From: Azolla caroliniana
Taxonomy: Eukaryota; Plantae; Polypodiophyta
Reading direction: 5' to 3'
Assembly: GCA_043228905.1 (NCBI GenBank)
Contig: JBHGNT010000016.1
Location: 11,966,001-12,030,000, forward strand
DNA length: 64,000 nucleotides
A program made the position numbers and the translations under genes. How positions within the stretch are numbered: the stretch's first letter is position 1; each line of letters opens with the position of its first letter. The notes below the pieces were generated by a model, which saw only the letters and a program-made list of their open reading frames with translations, was not told where the DNA came from and searched no databases. Below, in pieces: positions 1 through 11,804 of the stretch.

Positions 1-947
1 GCCTGACTAATGCGCCAACAGTCTTTTAGCACATGGCAAATGATATATTCTGAGATCTCTTGGATGATTTTTTTATCATCTATTTGGATGATCTACTAGT
101 TTATTGGAAGACCCAAGAAGAGCATGATTCTCATGTAGTATTAGTACTAAAACGACTCCAAGAACATGGTCTTTATGCAAAGCTGGAAAAATGTAGTTTC
201 GGGTGCAACCAAGTAGAATTTTTGGGTTATGTCATTTCCTCGGAAGGCATCTCCATGGATCCACCTAAGGTCAAAACAATGGTAGAGTGGCAAACTCCGT
301 GTTCATTGCGAGATGTGCAATGCCTTTTAGGCTTTGCCAATTTTTACCGTAAGTTCATACAGGATTACTCAAATCTTGTTCTGCCTCTCACACAACTTAC
401 CAGGAAAGGACAATCGTTCGTTTGGTCTGAAGAAGTGGACATGGCTTTTGAGATTCTTAAGAAGGCATTTACATCAGCTCCTTTTTAACCTCATGTTCAT
501 CCAAAAAGACCATTCATCATTGAAGCAAACGTGTCGGATTTCGCCTTGGTAGCATTCTGTCTCAACAAGTCGATGATGAAAAGCTACATCCTATGGCTTT
601 CCATTCACGCAACTTTGACGCCGTGGAAATCAACTATGAAATTCATGATAAGGATCTATTAGCAATAGTGGACTCTCTTACGCAATGGAAGCATTTTCTT
701 GAGGGGTTTTCTGATCAAGTCATCGTATTTAGTGATCACAAAAACCTTGCCTACTTTCAAAATGCTTGTTTGTTAAATCGACGTCAAGCTTGATGGGCCC
801 AATTCCTGACTCGTTTCGACTTCAAAATTACATATCGTCTGGGGAGGCAACAAGGGAAGGCAGATGCATTATCACAATGCTTGTATCTAGTAGTGCGTCC
901 CGGCGAGCCAACTTTCGATAACCAAAAGCAAGTAATCCTGGGACCGT
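1..947 (+). pseudogene. Ty3/gypsy (chromovirus, Tcn1/Tf2-like) RT-RNase H fragment
   Basis: IYLDDLLVY RT motif, LYAKLEKCSF..VEFLGY, RNase H NYEIHDKDLLAIV and SDHKNL; broken by stops and frameshifts; ends abruptly at ~947. Confidence 0.9.
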
Positions 948-1820
948 AGTCATGTGGTTTTTCACACATGATATGAAACTTAGTAAAACAATTAATTAAG
1001 ATTAGCTTAATGTATTCATATAGATAGATGTCTTGAAGAGTTTCATAGCATATTTTACTACGCATGAAACGGATAAACAAGAAAAGACAAAACTGTGAGA
1101 TATCCCACATAGATAGGACAACATTGGGACCCAAGATATATAAGGGAAACCAAAACATATTCATTCTATCAATGTGTGGAGCACAGAATGTTCAAGGTGA
1201 CTTGGGCTACACTTTGTGGTATGCATGTTGTGTATGCACAGTCGTGTTGACGCTTGGGGTGTACTCGCGTATGCATGGTCGCGTGGACGTTTTCGGGCGG
1301 ACGTTTTCTGGCGTACGCATGCACGGCCGCGTGGACATTTCAGACGTACGCGTGCATGGACGTCTTCGGATGTACGCGCATGTGCAAGTTTCGGGTGTAC
1401 GTGTGGACATTTCGGACAGATGTGTCTGTGCGGACGAGCGCGCGCGCATGTGTGGATGCGTACTCTACGGCGCGGTTGAGACTTTTGCGCACGAATGCGT
1501 ACATGGTGCGGGTTGGAAGCGTGCGTATGCACGACCCCGTAGACGTTTTCAGGTGTACGTATGCACGGCCGCGTGGACGTTTCAGATGTACGCGTGCATG
1601 GACGTCTGCATGTGTGGATGCGTACTCTACGGCGCGGTTGAGACTTTTGCGCACGAATGCGTACATGGTGCGGGTTGGAAGCGTGCGTATGCACGACCCC
1701 GTAGACGTTTTCAGGTGTACGTATGCACGGCCGCGTGGACGTTTCAGATGTACGCGTGCATGGACGTCTTCGGATGTACACGCATGTGCAAGTTTCGGGT
1801 GTACACGTGGACATTTCGGA
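948..1820 (+). mobile_element. Truncated LTR related to the solo LTR at 7839-9305 (opposite strand), containing a CG-rich tandem array
   Basis: Shares TATCCCACATAGATAGGA followed by a TATATAAG box (~1137) with the reverse complement of 9078-9118; the starts also resemble each other (GTCATGTGG..TTCACAC vs TGTCGTGTG..TTCACAC). Confidence 0.55.
1250..1820. repeat. CG-rich tandem repeat of short GTACGCGTGCATGGACG-like subunits with a 162-bp higher-order duplication
   Basis: The block starting ~1447 (CATGTGTGGATGCGTACTCTACGG) recurs at ~1609; this explains the repetitive ORFs in all frames. Confidence 0.9.
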
Positions 1821-1863
1821 CCGATTAAAGCACGGATGGCCTCCTCTGTGATTACTTCTAGGT

Positions 1864-2250
1864 GGAGGGTGCACAAACCCATACTCATGGAGCACACGAG
1901 CTACTTCTCGAAGCAAGGTGTCGTCACCGGCCTATGTCCGATACGCTTTGCTGGCCATGGAATACTCCCCAAGGAAACTTCGTCAGTGTCTCTGGGGAAG
2001 GATTCTCAATGGAGAAGATCCCTTCCTCTGGCAATCCGATTAAAGCACGGATGGCCTCCTCTGTGATTACTTCTAGGTCGATCTTCTTCACGACCTTTTC
2101 TGCTTCTTCATGCGGAGGTGCCTTTGCTATCCGTAGTAAGCCCTCCAAGCCATGTTGCATGAACCATTTTTTGGTCGTCTCGGAAAACGCCATGGGTTTT
2201 AGCGTGTCCTCTATTTCGGTGGTGGTGGAGAGCTTTGGTGTGCCTGTGGT
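1864..2250 (-). pseudogene. Extra ORF downstream of pol in the Athila-like element (unknown function, truncated)
   Basis: ORF 2193-1924 (MAFSETTKKWFMQHGLEGLL..ITEEAIRALIGLPEEG) lies after the integrase and a T-rich spacer, where Athila-type extra ORFs are found. Confidence 0.5.
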
Positions 2251-4594
2251 AGCCTCTAGCGTTCACCTAATCACATGTACCCGCCTCTATGTGCTAAGTG
2301 CTCTATGTTCTCAAAATGAGAAAGACTCTGTTATGTGCAGGTTTTGTGTTCCTATTCTTGCCGCCCTTTCTCGAGTCCCGCGCATGCACGTTGTGTGCTT
2401 TTAAGAGTGGTTGTCTGACGCGTGCTGGGCTTTAAATGACTTAGGCCACACCATTTCGAGGTGTCCGTTCATTTCTTAATGGCCTACATTCTTTTCTTTT
2501 CCTTTTTTCTTTTTTTTGCTTGCATGGTGGCTTTACTTTACGTCTTTACTCCTCGCCCCTACATGATGGGTTTTCTTTTTCCTGTGCGTGATATTCTAAA
2601 CCCTCTTATCCGGCCACACTGGATCCAGTGTATGTTCCTCCTCTTGGTTGCCAGTAATCCGCTTGTCGTGCCCGGTTTCTGCTTCGGCATCCGGTTGTCT
2701 AAACGGTTTCCGCTGCATTGGTCCGTAATACGGTTTTAGTCAGAAACTGTTTACCCATTTTTCCACGACCTCGCCGACCAGTGTTCCTAGTTGATACGAG
2801 CCGTTAAACTCTTGTGTTATCCAGCACGCTCTAGTCCACCGGAACCGTAGCTTTCCTAGCATTTTGCCCATCCGGATCTGAAATACTAACACCGGCTTGC
2901 CGATTCTGAACATTTTCTCGTTTCCTTTCCAGTGCCGGTCGACGAACGCTTTCCGTCATCGTTGCTCGAGTTCCAATTGCAAAATGCTAGCTATCCGGTG
3001 TTCTTCTAATTCACACAATGTTGCTAGTCGAATTTTCTCCAATTTCTTCTCACTTAACCTTTCCCGTACTTCAATCCGTAAATGACCACTTCTAATCTGA
3101 ACGTTAAACGGAATGATGTTGTCCGAATACTTGTTTTGTACGCGGTTCGGTAAGCCCACAACACACTCTACAACTTCGTGTCCCAGTTAGTGCGGTTTTC
3201 ATTGACTATTTTCCGGAGGATTTTTTGCAAGGTTTTGTTGGTGGATTCAGCCAATCTGTTGGCTTGTGGATAATAAGGTGTACTCCGCTTGTGTACGACC
3301 ACATAAAACGTCGTCAAGCTCTCTACTACTTGACTAATCAGTTCTATCAGGCATCCATATCGGCACCAAATGCACTCGTATAGGAACTTGGTGGTTGAGG
3401 CCGCAGTATTATCCCAGAGTGCCTTTGCTTCCACCCATTTGGTGCAATAGTCTGTTGCTCCAATGATATATCGGTTCCTAGTCCGCATTGTCAGAGGTTT
3501 GAACGATCCAACGAAGTCCAATCCCCATTTTTGAAATGGTGCCAGTGGTAACATTGGCTGGTGTGGCATCCTTGCTTGTTCCGTTGGTTGGCCCATCCGT
3601 TGACATAAGTCGCATTCCTTTGCATACCGAATGGAGTCCTGCATTGTTGTAGGCCACCACAATCCGCTTCGCCATATCTTCTTTGTCGATGCTTCGCCAG
3701 CATAATGTCTTCTGGCGACTCCAATGAGCTTCCCATAAAATTGTCTCCCTTTCGTCGCTCCGAACCACTCTTCACCATATACCGTCCGCTCCCTTCTGGT
3801 ATAGCGTATCCTACAGTAAACAAAAATGTTGGCTTTCTACCACCAACCGCTTCCGTTCTTCCGGAGGCAACCCGGTGCTTAAAAACTAATGCATATTCGT
3901 CAACCATTTGTCTTCCTCGGCCACCATCCCATCCACCGTATTCTCCGTTGTTACCCTGAACAGCTGTGCATCCAGAAGGTCATCTTTGACGCCGTCACCT
4001 ACCTCTCCAGATTCTAACCGGCTCAAGTAATCCGTGACCACATATTGTACTCCCAGTCTATGGTAAATCTCAAATTCGAACTCCTATAAAAGCAATGTCA
4101 ATCATGCTAGTTTCCCGGTTAGCAATGCCTTGGAAACCAAGAAAATTAAAGCCAAATGATCTTCGTGGAATGAGAATTTTTGTCCTAGCAAATAGTCAAG
4201 GAAACTCGTTACGTTGTATATCATTCCCAAGGCTTCCCTTTCCGTTGTTGAATAATTCCATTCCGCCTAGGAGAGTTTTCGACTTGCGTAGTAAACTGGC
4301 CGGTACCACTTTGATTCGGTGAGCTGCATAAAAACGTTGTCGATCGCGATATCAGATGTGTCCACGAACACATGAAATTCCTTCGACCAATCCGGGGGTT
4401 GTACGACCGGTGCCTGGGACAACATTATTTTGAGCGCATGGTATGCCTTCTCTTCTGGTTTTGTCCATTGGAAAGGTGTCTGGTGTACAATTGCGTGTAG
4501 TGGTGTTGCAAGATCAGCCAAGTATCGGAGCATCCGGCTATGCCACCGGATTTGCCCTAAAAACCGGCTTAGAGCTTTTGCGGTTGTTGGTGCC

Positions 4595-4940
4595 TGTTAC
4601 CCGTAAGAATATACGGGGAGGCATAAGGGTAGGTGTAATGATGTGGTTGATGTGTATGTGTAAAGTAAATGAGTGTGTGAGGATGAGTATGTGTATGGAC
4701 ACATGCACAGTTATGTGCATGAGTACAAGAATGTGTAACGGTCTTATTTATAACGGTCATGCAACCGTTACATTGGATGTATTATATAAACCCCCTATGG
4801 GGTATGTAATGGATGTACATTTTTCCCCTCTCATTTTGTGTCATTTTGTATTTTTCTTTCTCTCTTGCTCTCTCTCTAACTTAACCCCCTTGGGAGCGGG
4901 TGTGAAGCCATTCTAGATTTCACCCCCCACCCCAGCAACA
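4595..4940 (+). mobile_element. 5' LTR (346 bp) of a Ty3 element inserted into the host RT
   Basis: TGTTAC...GCAACA termini, TATATAAA at ~4783, PBS follows; the host RT frame (APTTAKALSRFLGQIRWH) stops exactly at 4594. Confidence 0.8.
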
Positions 4941-4944
4941 CTTT

Positions 4945-4961
4945 TGGTACGCCCGGTGGGA
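4945..4961 (+). promoter_or_regulatory. Primer binding site, tRNA-Arg(UCU)-like
   Basis: TGGTACGCCCGGTGGGA lies 4 nt after the LTR CA and resembles the complement of the plant tRNA-Arg(UCU) 3' end (recalled, not searched). Confidence 0.7.
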
Positions 4962-5154
4962 TACGAGGAGGCATAAGGGTAGGTGTAATGATGTGGTTGA
5001 TGTGTATGTGTAAAGTAAATGAGTGTGGAAGGATGAGTATGTATATGGACACATGCACATACGCATCCTCACACACTCATTTACTTTACACATACACATC
5101 AACCACATCATTACACCTACCCTTATGCCTCCCCGTATATTCTTACAGGTAACA
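4961..5154. repeat. Fold-back (inverted repeat) of the LTR U3 segment
   Basis: 4961-~5058 repeats 4611-4708; ~5057-5154 is the reverse complement of 4595-~4690. Confidence 0.9.
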
Positions 5155-5227
5155 CATGGTATGCCTGTGGGACAGTGCATTGCACGGTTAACCCACTCGC
5201 CATGGCAACTCTTCTCGACCGGAATTC

Positions 5228-5882
5228 TAAAAGGACTACACGCTCCCGAAAACAACGCTCGGCCACAACCGAGTCTAGGATCAAAACACAGAAAAAATGG
5301 GTAATGTACGCACAACACAGTAAAGAGAAGAAGAGTACACAGGATGTTTACGTGGAAAGCCCAAACATGGGAAAAACCATGGCAGTCCACGGACTGCAAA
5401 CTATCACTATGTTACAATATACAATAGATGAACACAAAGGCAACGACCTCTTGTTCACTGTCTTCGCCACAGGTGGTGGTTACAACAGAGACAATGTCCT
5501 CTTCGTCTCTCACTCTCTCTCTCTATTTCTCTCTCTGTACACGGTTGCACTCAAATCTTGCACCAACAAGAATGACAACAGCACTACACTAAGTTTGCCC
5601 TAAGTCATATTTATACTAATATGACTTTTCGGCTATTTACAAATATAGCCCCGATGGACTCTCAGAAACATATTTACGAATATGTCCCTTCATCCGGTGA
5701 GCACTCCTCGCCGGGCCTGCATCATCCGGCGCTTGTCGGGAACTCGTCATCTGGTTCTCACTGGGTCTTTCGTTGCCGGGTACTCCACATCCGGTTTCAG
5801 CCTTGGCCTATCGGCCTCGGCCGAGTTTGCTCATCAACATTGTTCTTCTCACTTCCCATCTGGAGGGACCTGTTTCCTAACA
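5228..5882 (-). mobile_element. Ty1/copia solo LTR (655 bp) with 5-bp TSD AATTC
   Basis: Clearly homologous to the copia 3' LTR at 61842-62447; AATTC at 5223-5227 and 5883-5887; the terminal TG is mutated to TA. Confidence 0.92.
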
Positions 5883-7838
5883 AATTCCATCAGTCGTCTC
5901 AACGGTCGAAAATCCCTCGGTACCACCACGATCGGACTTAGCCAGGTGGCTTTCATAACCGGTTGGATGAACCCAACCCGCAACAACTTGTCGATCTCTT
6001 CTTTTACTTTAGCCGCGTAATTTGGATTCATCCGGTAACGTCTCTGCGCTACCGGTTTCGCATCCTTGCTTAAATGAATCTGCTGTTGATATAATTGCAG
6101 GTCCAGTCCCCGCATGTCTTCATCTGACCACGCAAATACGTCCCAGAATTCTTTCAATAATGTGATCATTTGCCGATTTCTCCTCCCGTGGCATTTCCTT
6201 GGCTACCTGCACCGGTCTTGCTTCTTCGTTGGTTCGCAAATTCACTTCTTCCAATTGTGATGCTTTCACCCGTTGTGATACCACCATCTCTCACTCTAGG
6301 GCCTCTTGTGCTTGTCGCAGTTCCCGGATCGCATCCCTATTCTGTTGTTCTTCTACCAGTTCTGTTTGATGTGGGCGGTCCGTAACCATGGTCGTCCTAG
6401 CAACAGTGGGTATGCTCCCTGTGCATTCAACTGGAGGACAACGACAGAAATCCAGAAGCCATGATGTCCGATTGTTACTAAGTTGGTTGGTCATACTCAA
6501 CTGGTGTCCGCCATCTGGAGCCAGAACGGGAATGGTTCCCATTCTTGGATTCCAAGAGTGTTGCATGTTCGGAGGCTAATTACGTTTACTCCCGATCCGC
6601 CATCGACGATTGTCCCCGATACTTCCCGTCCTTTGATAATGGTGGTGATTGTGGGATAGCTGGTATCGACCACTATCGTCCCTTCCTCCGGATTTGAAAA
6701 GAACATTAGAGCTGATGTGGGGTTTGGTGGGGCCAAATGCTGATTTTAACCCATTGGTGAATCGGAGCACCAATTGCAGTAATCGATCCAATGGTAGTAT
6801 GATCCAGCATTCCTGTAATGCCCGCCAGGCGGGGTTGTCCTATTGCGTCATCTCTATAGGTTCCTCCAATGCGTTCCTTTGCTCCTTTAGTTCCGTGACA
6901 TTCTGTTCGTTTGCCTTTCTGATCCACTCCGTTGTTTGTTTGCATATAGCTTCTTGAGCCTCCCATTCGGCCATCTCTCCCTTCGATCTAGTGGTGCCTT
7001 GCTGGATGTCCGCCACTTCCGCGACCACCATGTTGACTGTCGGTCGTTTGTCGTGACTCTTTACCGGACATTGGTTGTTGTAGTGTCCCTTATGGCAGCA
7101 ATAGTAGCAATACGCCTTCTGTGTATTGCTAGACTCTGCTTTTTGCATGTTACCTGGTTGAAATCCGGATACTACCCGGTTAGGCTCCTCTAGCCTTCCT
7201 TGTTCCTTTTGAGCATTAGTTATGCTTCTGTCCGGCTCTCATTGGTAATCCTTTACCGGTTCCTGACGCTCCTCTTTCTGAGCGTTCCATTTCTTATTAT
7301 AGTGTCGGTTGTTCCAGTATCCTTGCCGGCGCCGGTCTTCATAGTCTTCCCGTTGATCCTCTCTTCTCCAATCATAGTCGGGGGAGTAATCTCGATTATA
7401 ACGATCGCCATTATAGTCGCGGCTTCTCTCGCTCCGGTGTTGGTCATAATTGTCCCGTTGGTCACTATACCAGACATCTTGTACCGGTTGGTGGCGATCA
7501 TCTCGCTGAAATCGTTTGTCTTTGTCCTCCCGGTCATTCCAGGTCTCGATGTGTCGGACTGGTGCAGCTTGCCGATTCAGTAGGTTGTACTCACAACGGT
7601 CCATTGTATGTGACTGAGAATGGCATAGCATGCACTGCTATCTCATCGTGCACTCTATTGTTGAGTGCCCAAGGTTAAGGCACGTCGTGCATTGGACCGC
7701 CTGGCGAAAGCGTAGGTCCTCTTCGGTGGGGAGTGTGTGTTGGAGTGCTCCCATCGTCAACCACGAACTCATTTTGTCTATTTCCATGACTCGATCAATT
7801 AGCTGGTCTATCGTGTTAGTCCGAAAATCTATGACCGC

Positions 7839-9305
7839 TGTCGCGAAAATACGACGAGGATACGCGAACTTGAGGCAGGACCCCCGGGGCCTCCGACCAG
7901 AGGATAATCACATTCGTGCGTTTATATTTTTAACAATTAACGGAAAGAAGAAATTTAATAATTTTCATTAACAAAGGAAAAAGAAATTACAATATGTCCC
8001 AAGATTGGATTTAGAAGTTTTAGATTTACTAAGATTAATAGAAAAGAAAATTTAGGGGTTTTGGTAGATATGGCTTCCGTAGGGAAAATTAGGATTAGGT
8101 TATATGAGTATTATGGCTTTTGTAGGGAAGATTAGGGTTTTTGAGTGTTATGGCTTCCGTAGGGAAGAGATTAGGGTTATTGGCTTCGATAAGATAAGAG
8201 AGCTCCCCAACAAAAGAAAAAAAATTTAGATAATATGGAGAGTATGAGTGTAAAGAAAAAAATGGAATATATATAGAGTTCTCCCTTGATCATAGCCTTT
8301 CCACTTTTTCTTGCATGGCCTCTACTTTTAGTTGCCTAACTTTTTCTTTTAGTTGCATGTAACCGTTCACATGACCTTTCCCTTTTGCATGCACTCCAAC
8401 TTTAGTTGCTTGCGTCCGCATGGCCTTTACTTTAGTTCTCTTCACTTTACTTTAGTTTGTTGCATGATCCAATCTTCCGTCCGTCCGCGTCCAACCTCGT
8501 CCGGTAGCCAGTTCCATTTTGCTTGCCGGTCGGTTCCGGTTCCGCTTGCCGACCGGTTCCGGTTTCGCTTGCCGGTCGGTTCCGGTTTGCTTGCCGTTTT
8601 CCGTTCCGGTTTTGCTTGCCGGCCGGTTCCAGTTTGCTTGCCGATTTCGGTTCCGGTTTTGCTTGCCGGTTCCAGTTCCGGTTTTGCTTGCCGGCCGGTT
8701 CCGGTTTTCTTACCGGCCGGTTCCGATTTGCTTGCCGGTTTCGGTTTCGGTTTGCTTGCCGACCAGTTCCGGTTTTGCTTACCGACCGGTTTCCGGTTTT
8801 GCTTGCCAGCCGGTTTCCGGTTTGCATACCCGTTCCGGTTCCAGTTTGCTTGCCGGCCGGTTTCCGAATTGCATACCAGCCGGTTTTCGGATTGCATACC
8901 GGCCCGTTTCCGGATTTGCTTACCGGACCCGTTTTCCGAATTTGCTTACCGGACCCGTTTTCCGGATTTGCTTACCGACCGGTTTCCGGTTTTAGGGAAT
9001 TTAGCCACTATCATCTATTAAGACAAAGTGGTCAAAGTGCTCTTAGCACAAATGAAAAATGAGGGAGCTCAAGGTGCTTATATAGCCAGGGCCTTAAGTT
9101 TCCTATCTATGTGGGATAGTTCTAATTTTCCTATCTTCTCAAACTTTATTTTCACATAACTTGATATGTATTTCTCCATTTTGTATATAGTAAAATACGT
9201 TTTGAAGCTCTTGAGTATATCCATCTTTCTATAGTAAGATACTAATCTAATCTATAATAATTATTTCATTATTTTTTTACATAGTGTGTGAAGATTCACA
9301 CGACA
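7839..9305 (-). mobile_element. Solo LTR (1467 bp) with 4-bp TSD CCGC, inserted in gag
   Basis: TGTCG...CGACA termini with CCGC on both flanks; removing it restores the gag frame LREPL*TVCAVIDFRTNTIDQLIDRV; TATA box on the minus strand at ~9080. Confidence 0.88.
8500..8992. repeat. ~17-bp CCGG-rich tandem array inside the solo LTR
   Basis: Repeated GCTTGCCGGTTCCGGTTT-like units; source of the spurious ORFs at 8353-9062. Confidence 0.92.
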
Positions 9306-10647
9306 CCGCACACACGGTTCAGAGAGGTTCCCGGAGCTCTGGCGGTGCTCTGGTGAGTTGACTATGCATCGTCTGGAACCAGATAACGAACTGCTGAATG
9401 GTTTCGAATGGGTCCTGTCGTGCCGTATAAAATTGGTTGACAATCTCTCTTTGATCCACATGTCTGTGGAAGAAGCATAGAAATCTAGTCTTTAAATCCT
9501 CAAACGTGGCGATGTTGCCGGGAAGGTGCTTGGAGTGCCAACGTGCCACTGGTCCCTCCAAAGTCATGCCGAATTCCGCAATTTTTTATCATTCTACCTC
9601 TGCATCGTACAGATGTTGGGAGACATGATTTGCCTCCCAAGTTTGGAGAAATGCATATACATGGGCTTCCGCGTCCAGGTGATCCCGATACTTCGGGTAT
9701 TGGTACGACATTGTCTCGTCGTCTTCTTGTGTTGCCGAGCCCATTGTTTCAATGTCATCATTGATCTGCCTGTCGATTTTCCAGCCACTATCGTCACTCT
9801 GGCCAGTGTCCAGCCATTATTCTGCCCTTCCGGCCCTTTTGGTATTTCGGCTGTTGTCCGACCGCTTCGGGCCATCTCCGTCACCGTCTTTGTGGGTTCG
9901 GCATCGGTTGCGACTGTTGTCCCAACTTTCGGTCCGTTCTGGCCGTGCAACCATTTGTTTGGTTTTGTTGTCTTGGTCATCACCTTTGTTGTCCGGCCTG
10001 TCCATTGTCCACCTTTGTCCAGTGTGTCTCTATCTGGCCAGTCTGACCATCTTCATCTCCATTTATCGTTGTTGTTAGCCCTGTCGGCCCTATCCGGCCA
10101 TCTGTTTTGGCCGAGGTCCGTTGCTTGGTCGCTCTGTTCAGTCGTCATCCGGTTGTCGTTCGGTCATTGATGTCTGATGGTTGTCTCTCCGTCGATCGTC
10201 GTCCGACCACCACCATTGATGTCCGTCGTCATTCTTCTTGGCCGTTGTTCGGCGGCCACCTCTCTGTCGTCGTCTACTTTTGTGTCTCTCTCGTCGTCCG
10301 ATTCGGCCGTCTCTTTCTGTGTCTGTTTCCTGCACATGCACATTGCTAGTTATCATACACTCGCACATCCTTATCGCTGCGTCTCATTCTGTAATTTTTT
10401 CTAGCACACTATGATCACCATTTGTCGCACATCGTTGATTCGATTTCTCGTACATTGTCATTGCATATCATGCTTCGAATTCGTCTCGCACTTTGCCACC
10501 GTCATTTGTCACTAACCGCACACTCTCACAATGTCATCATTTTGTGCACTTGCATATCTACATCGTTGTTGTTACTCGCACATTTTCACCATTGCTTGCA
10601 TCTCGCGCCATCACGTATTCTTCTTGGACTTCTTCTTCAAAGGCGGT

Positions 10648-10665
10648 TCGCCGTTGTGGTCGTCA
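10648..10665 (-). promoter_or_regulatory. Degenerate PBS (tRNA-Arg(UCG)-like) of the Athila-like element
   Basis: Minus strand TGACGACCACAACGGCGA vs expected TGGCGACCACAGTGGGA, about 5 nt from the LTR end CAACA. Confidence 0.55.
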
Positions 10666-10670
10666 AAAGG

Positions 10671-11189
10671 TGTTGTAGGTTTTAGGGTTAGGGTTAGTGA
10701 TAATTATGATAAAGATAGACATGGTGAGTGTGATGATAGCAATGGAGATGGTGATCGGTGCGGGATGTGCATTAAGAAGCATTGTGGGGTGGGGGGTGAT
10801 GCTTAGAATGGCTCCACCCCCCTGCCAAGGGGGTTCAGAGTATGAAAGGGGAGTCAGTTTTGGGAGTTGTAATTAGATAAATTATGATAATTATAAGAAC
10901 GTTATGATAATTATAAGATCGGACGGACGGACCCAGAATCAGATGTTGATCCGGATCTGAACCGGTTCATACCTGGTTGCCGGTTGGCACCGGTTTGTAG
11001 TACAACCGAATACCTATAAAAGGATCCGGAGATGATGTAATTGATGAAGGATAGTTAATAGAGAAGACTTGTTGTGTTTTTACGTATTGTGGATCTTGTT
11101 AATACGAATCTGTGCTTAATGTGATTATCATATGCGTGTATCGAGTTAATCATTCCGGAGAGTGACCGGGAAGGATCGGTCCTGTATCA
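10671..11189 (-). mobile_element. 5' LTR (~519 bp) of the Athila-like element
   Basis: TG...CA ends, adjacent PBS, and a GGGGTGGGGGGTGA..TAGAATGGCT..CAAGGGGGTT block shared with the U5 side of LTR 4595-4940. Confidence 0.7.
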
Positions 11190-11486
11190 CGGTCACTCTC
11201 CGGAATGATTAACTCGATACACACGTATGATAATCACATTAAGCACAAAATGGTTTTAACAAGATCCACAATACGTAAAGACACAACAAGTCTTCTCTAT
11301 TAATTATCCGTCATCAATTACATCATCTCCAGATCCTTTTATAGGTATCCGATTGTGCTACAAACCTGTGCCAACCGGCAACCGGCTACGAATCGGTCCA
11401 GATCCGAATCGGCATACCGATTCCGGGTCCCTCCATCCGATCTTATAATTATCATAATTTATCTAATTACAACTCCCCTTTCATAT
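11190..11486 (+). repeat. Inverted, diverged partial copy of the adjacent LTR (head-to-head quasi-palindrome)
   Basis: Reverse complement of ~10841-11168 with many substitutions and small indels. Confidence 0.9.
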
Positions 11487-11804
11487 TGTGGTGGTCACAT
11501 GGACCACACCTAGATTAGGCCCCTACCAAGCCCCATGCACCACACATAGACCACACCCAAATTAGGCCCCTACCAAGCCTCATGCACCACACCCAAACTA
11601 GGCCCCCACCAAGCCCCATAATTAGTAGAGCTAATTGGAGCGGGAGAACACCCTCCACGCTAAGAAAGAGTCTATAAAATGTAACTTGAGACATAATGAA
11701 TGGGGGCTATTCTTGAGAGCATTTCACATCTTGAGCATTTCACATCTTGGTGGAGATGACGGGCCAAGCCACCCCAACTCACGACCCCAACAACGCCCGC
11801 CACG

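Larger units (their letters stand above)
1864..11189 (-). mobile_element. Decayed non-chromoviral (Athila-like) Ty3/gypsy element with nested insertions; 3' LTR missing
   Basis: Order on the minus strand: LTR (11189-10671), PBS, gag (LEGPVARW..FYTARQ; knuckle CYYCCHKGHYNNQC ~7060-7110), protease IVDGGSGVN (~6600), RT start WLSPIVVVP (~5920), RT end/RNase H VFVDTSDIAI (~4350), integrase CDLC..PFQKWGLDFVG..TPYYPQAN (3660-2740), extra ORF (~2250-1864). Confidence 0.88.

Noticed and set aside
1064-2066. Long overlapping ORFs (250-270 aa)
   Set aside because: They are translations of a stop-poor tandem repeat.
8353-9062. Several 126-222 aa ORFs
   Set aside because: They come from the 17-bp LTR tandem array.
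10681-10697. Interstitial telomere repeat
   Set aside because: Only 2-3 TTAGGG-like units inside an LTR.
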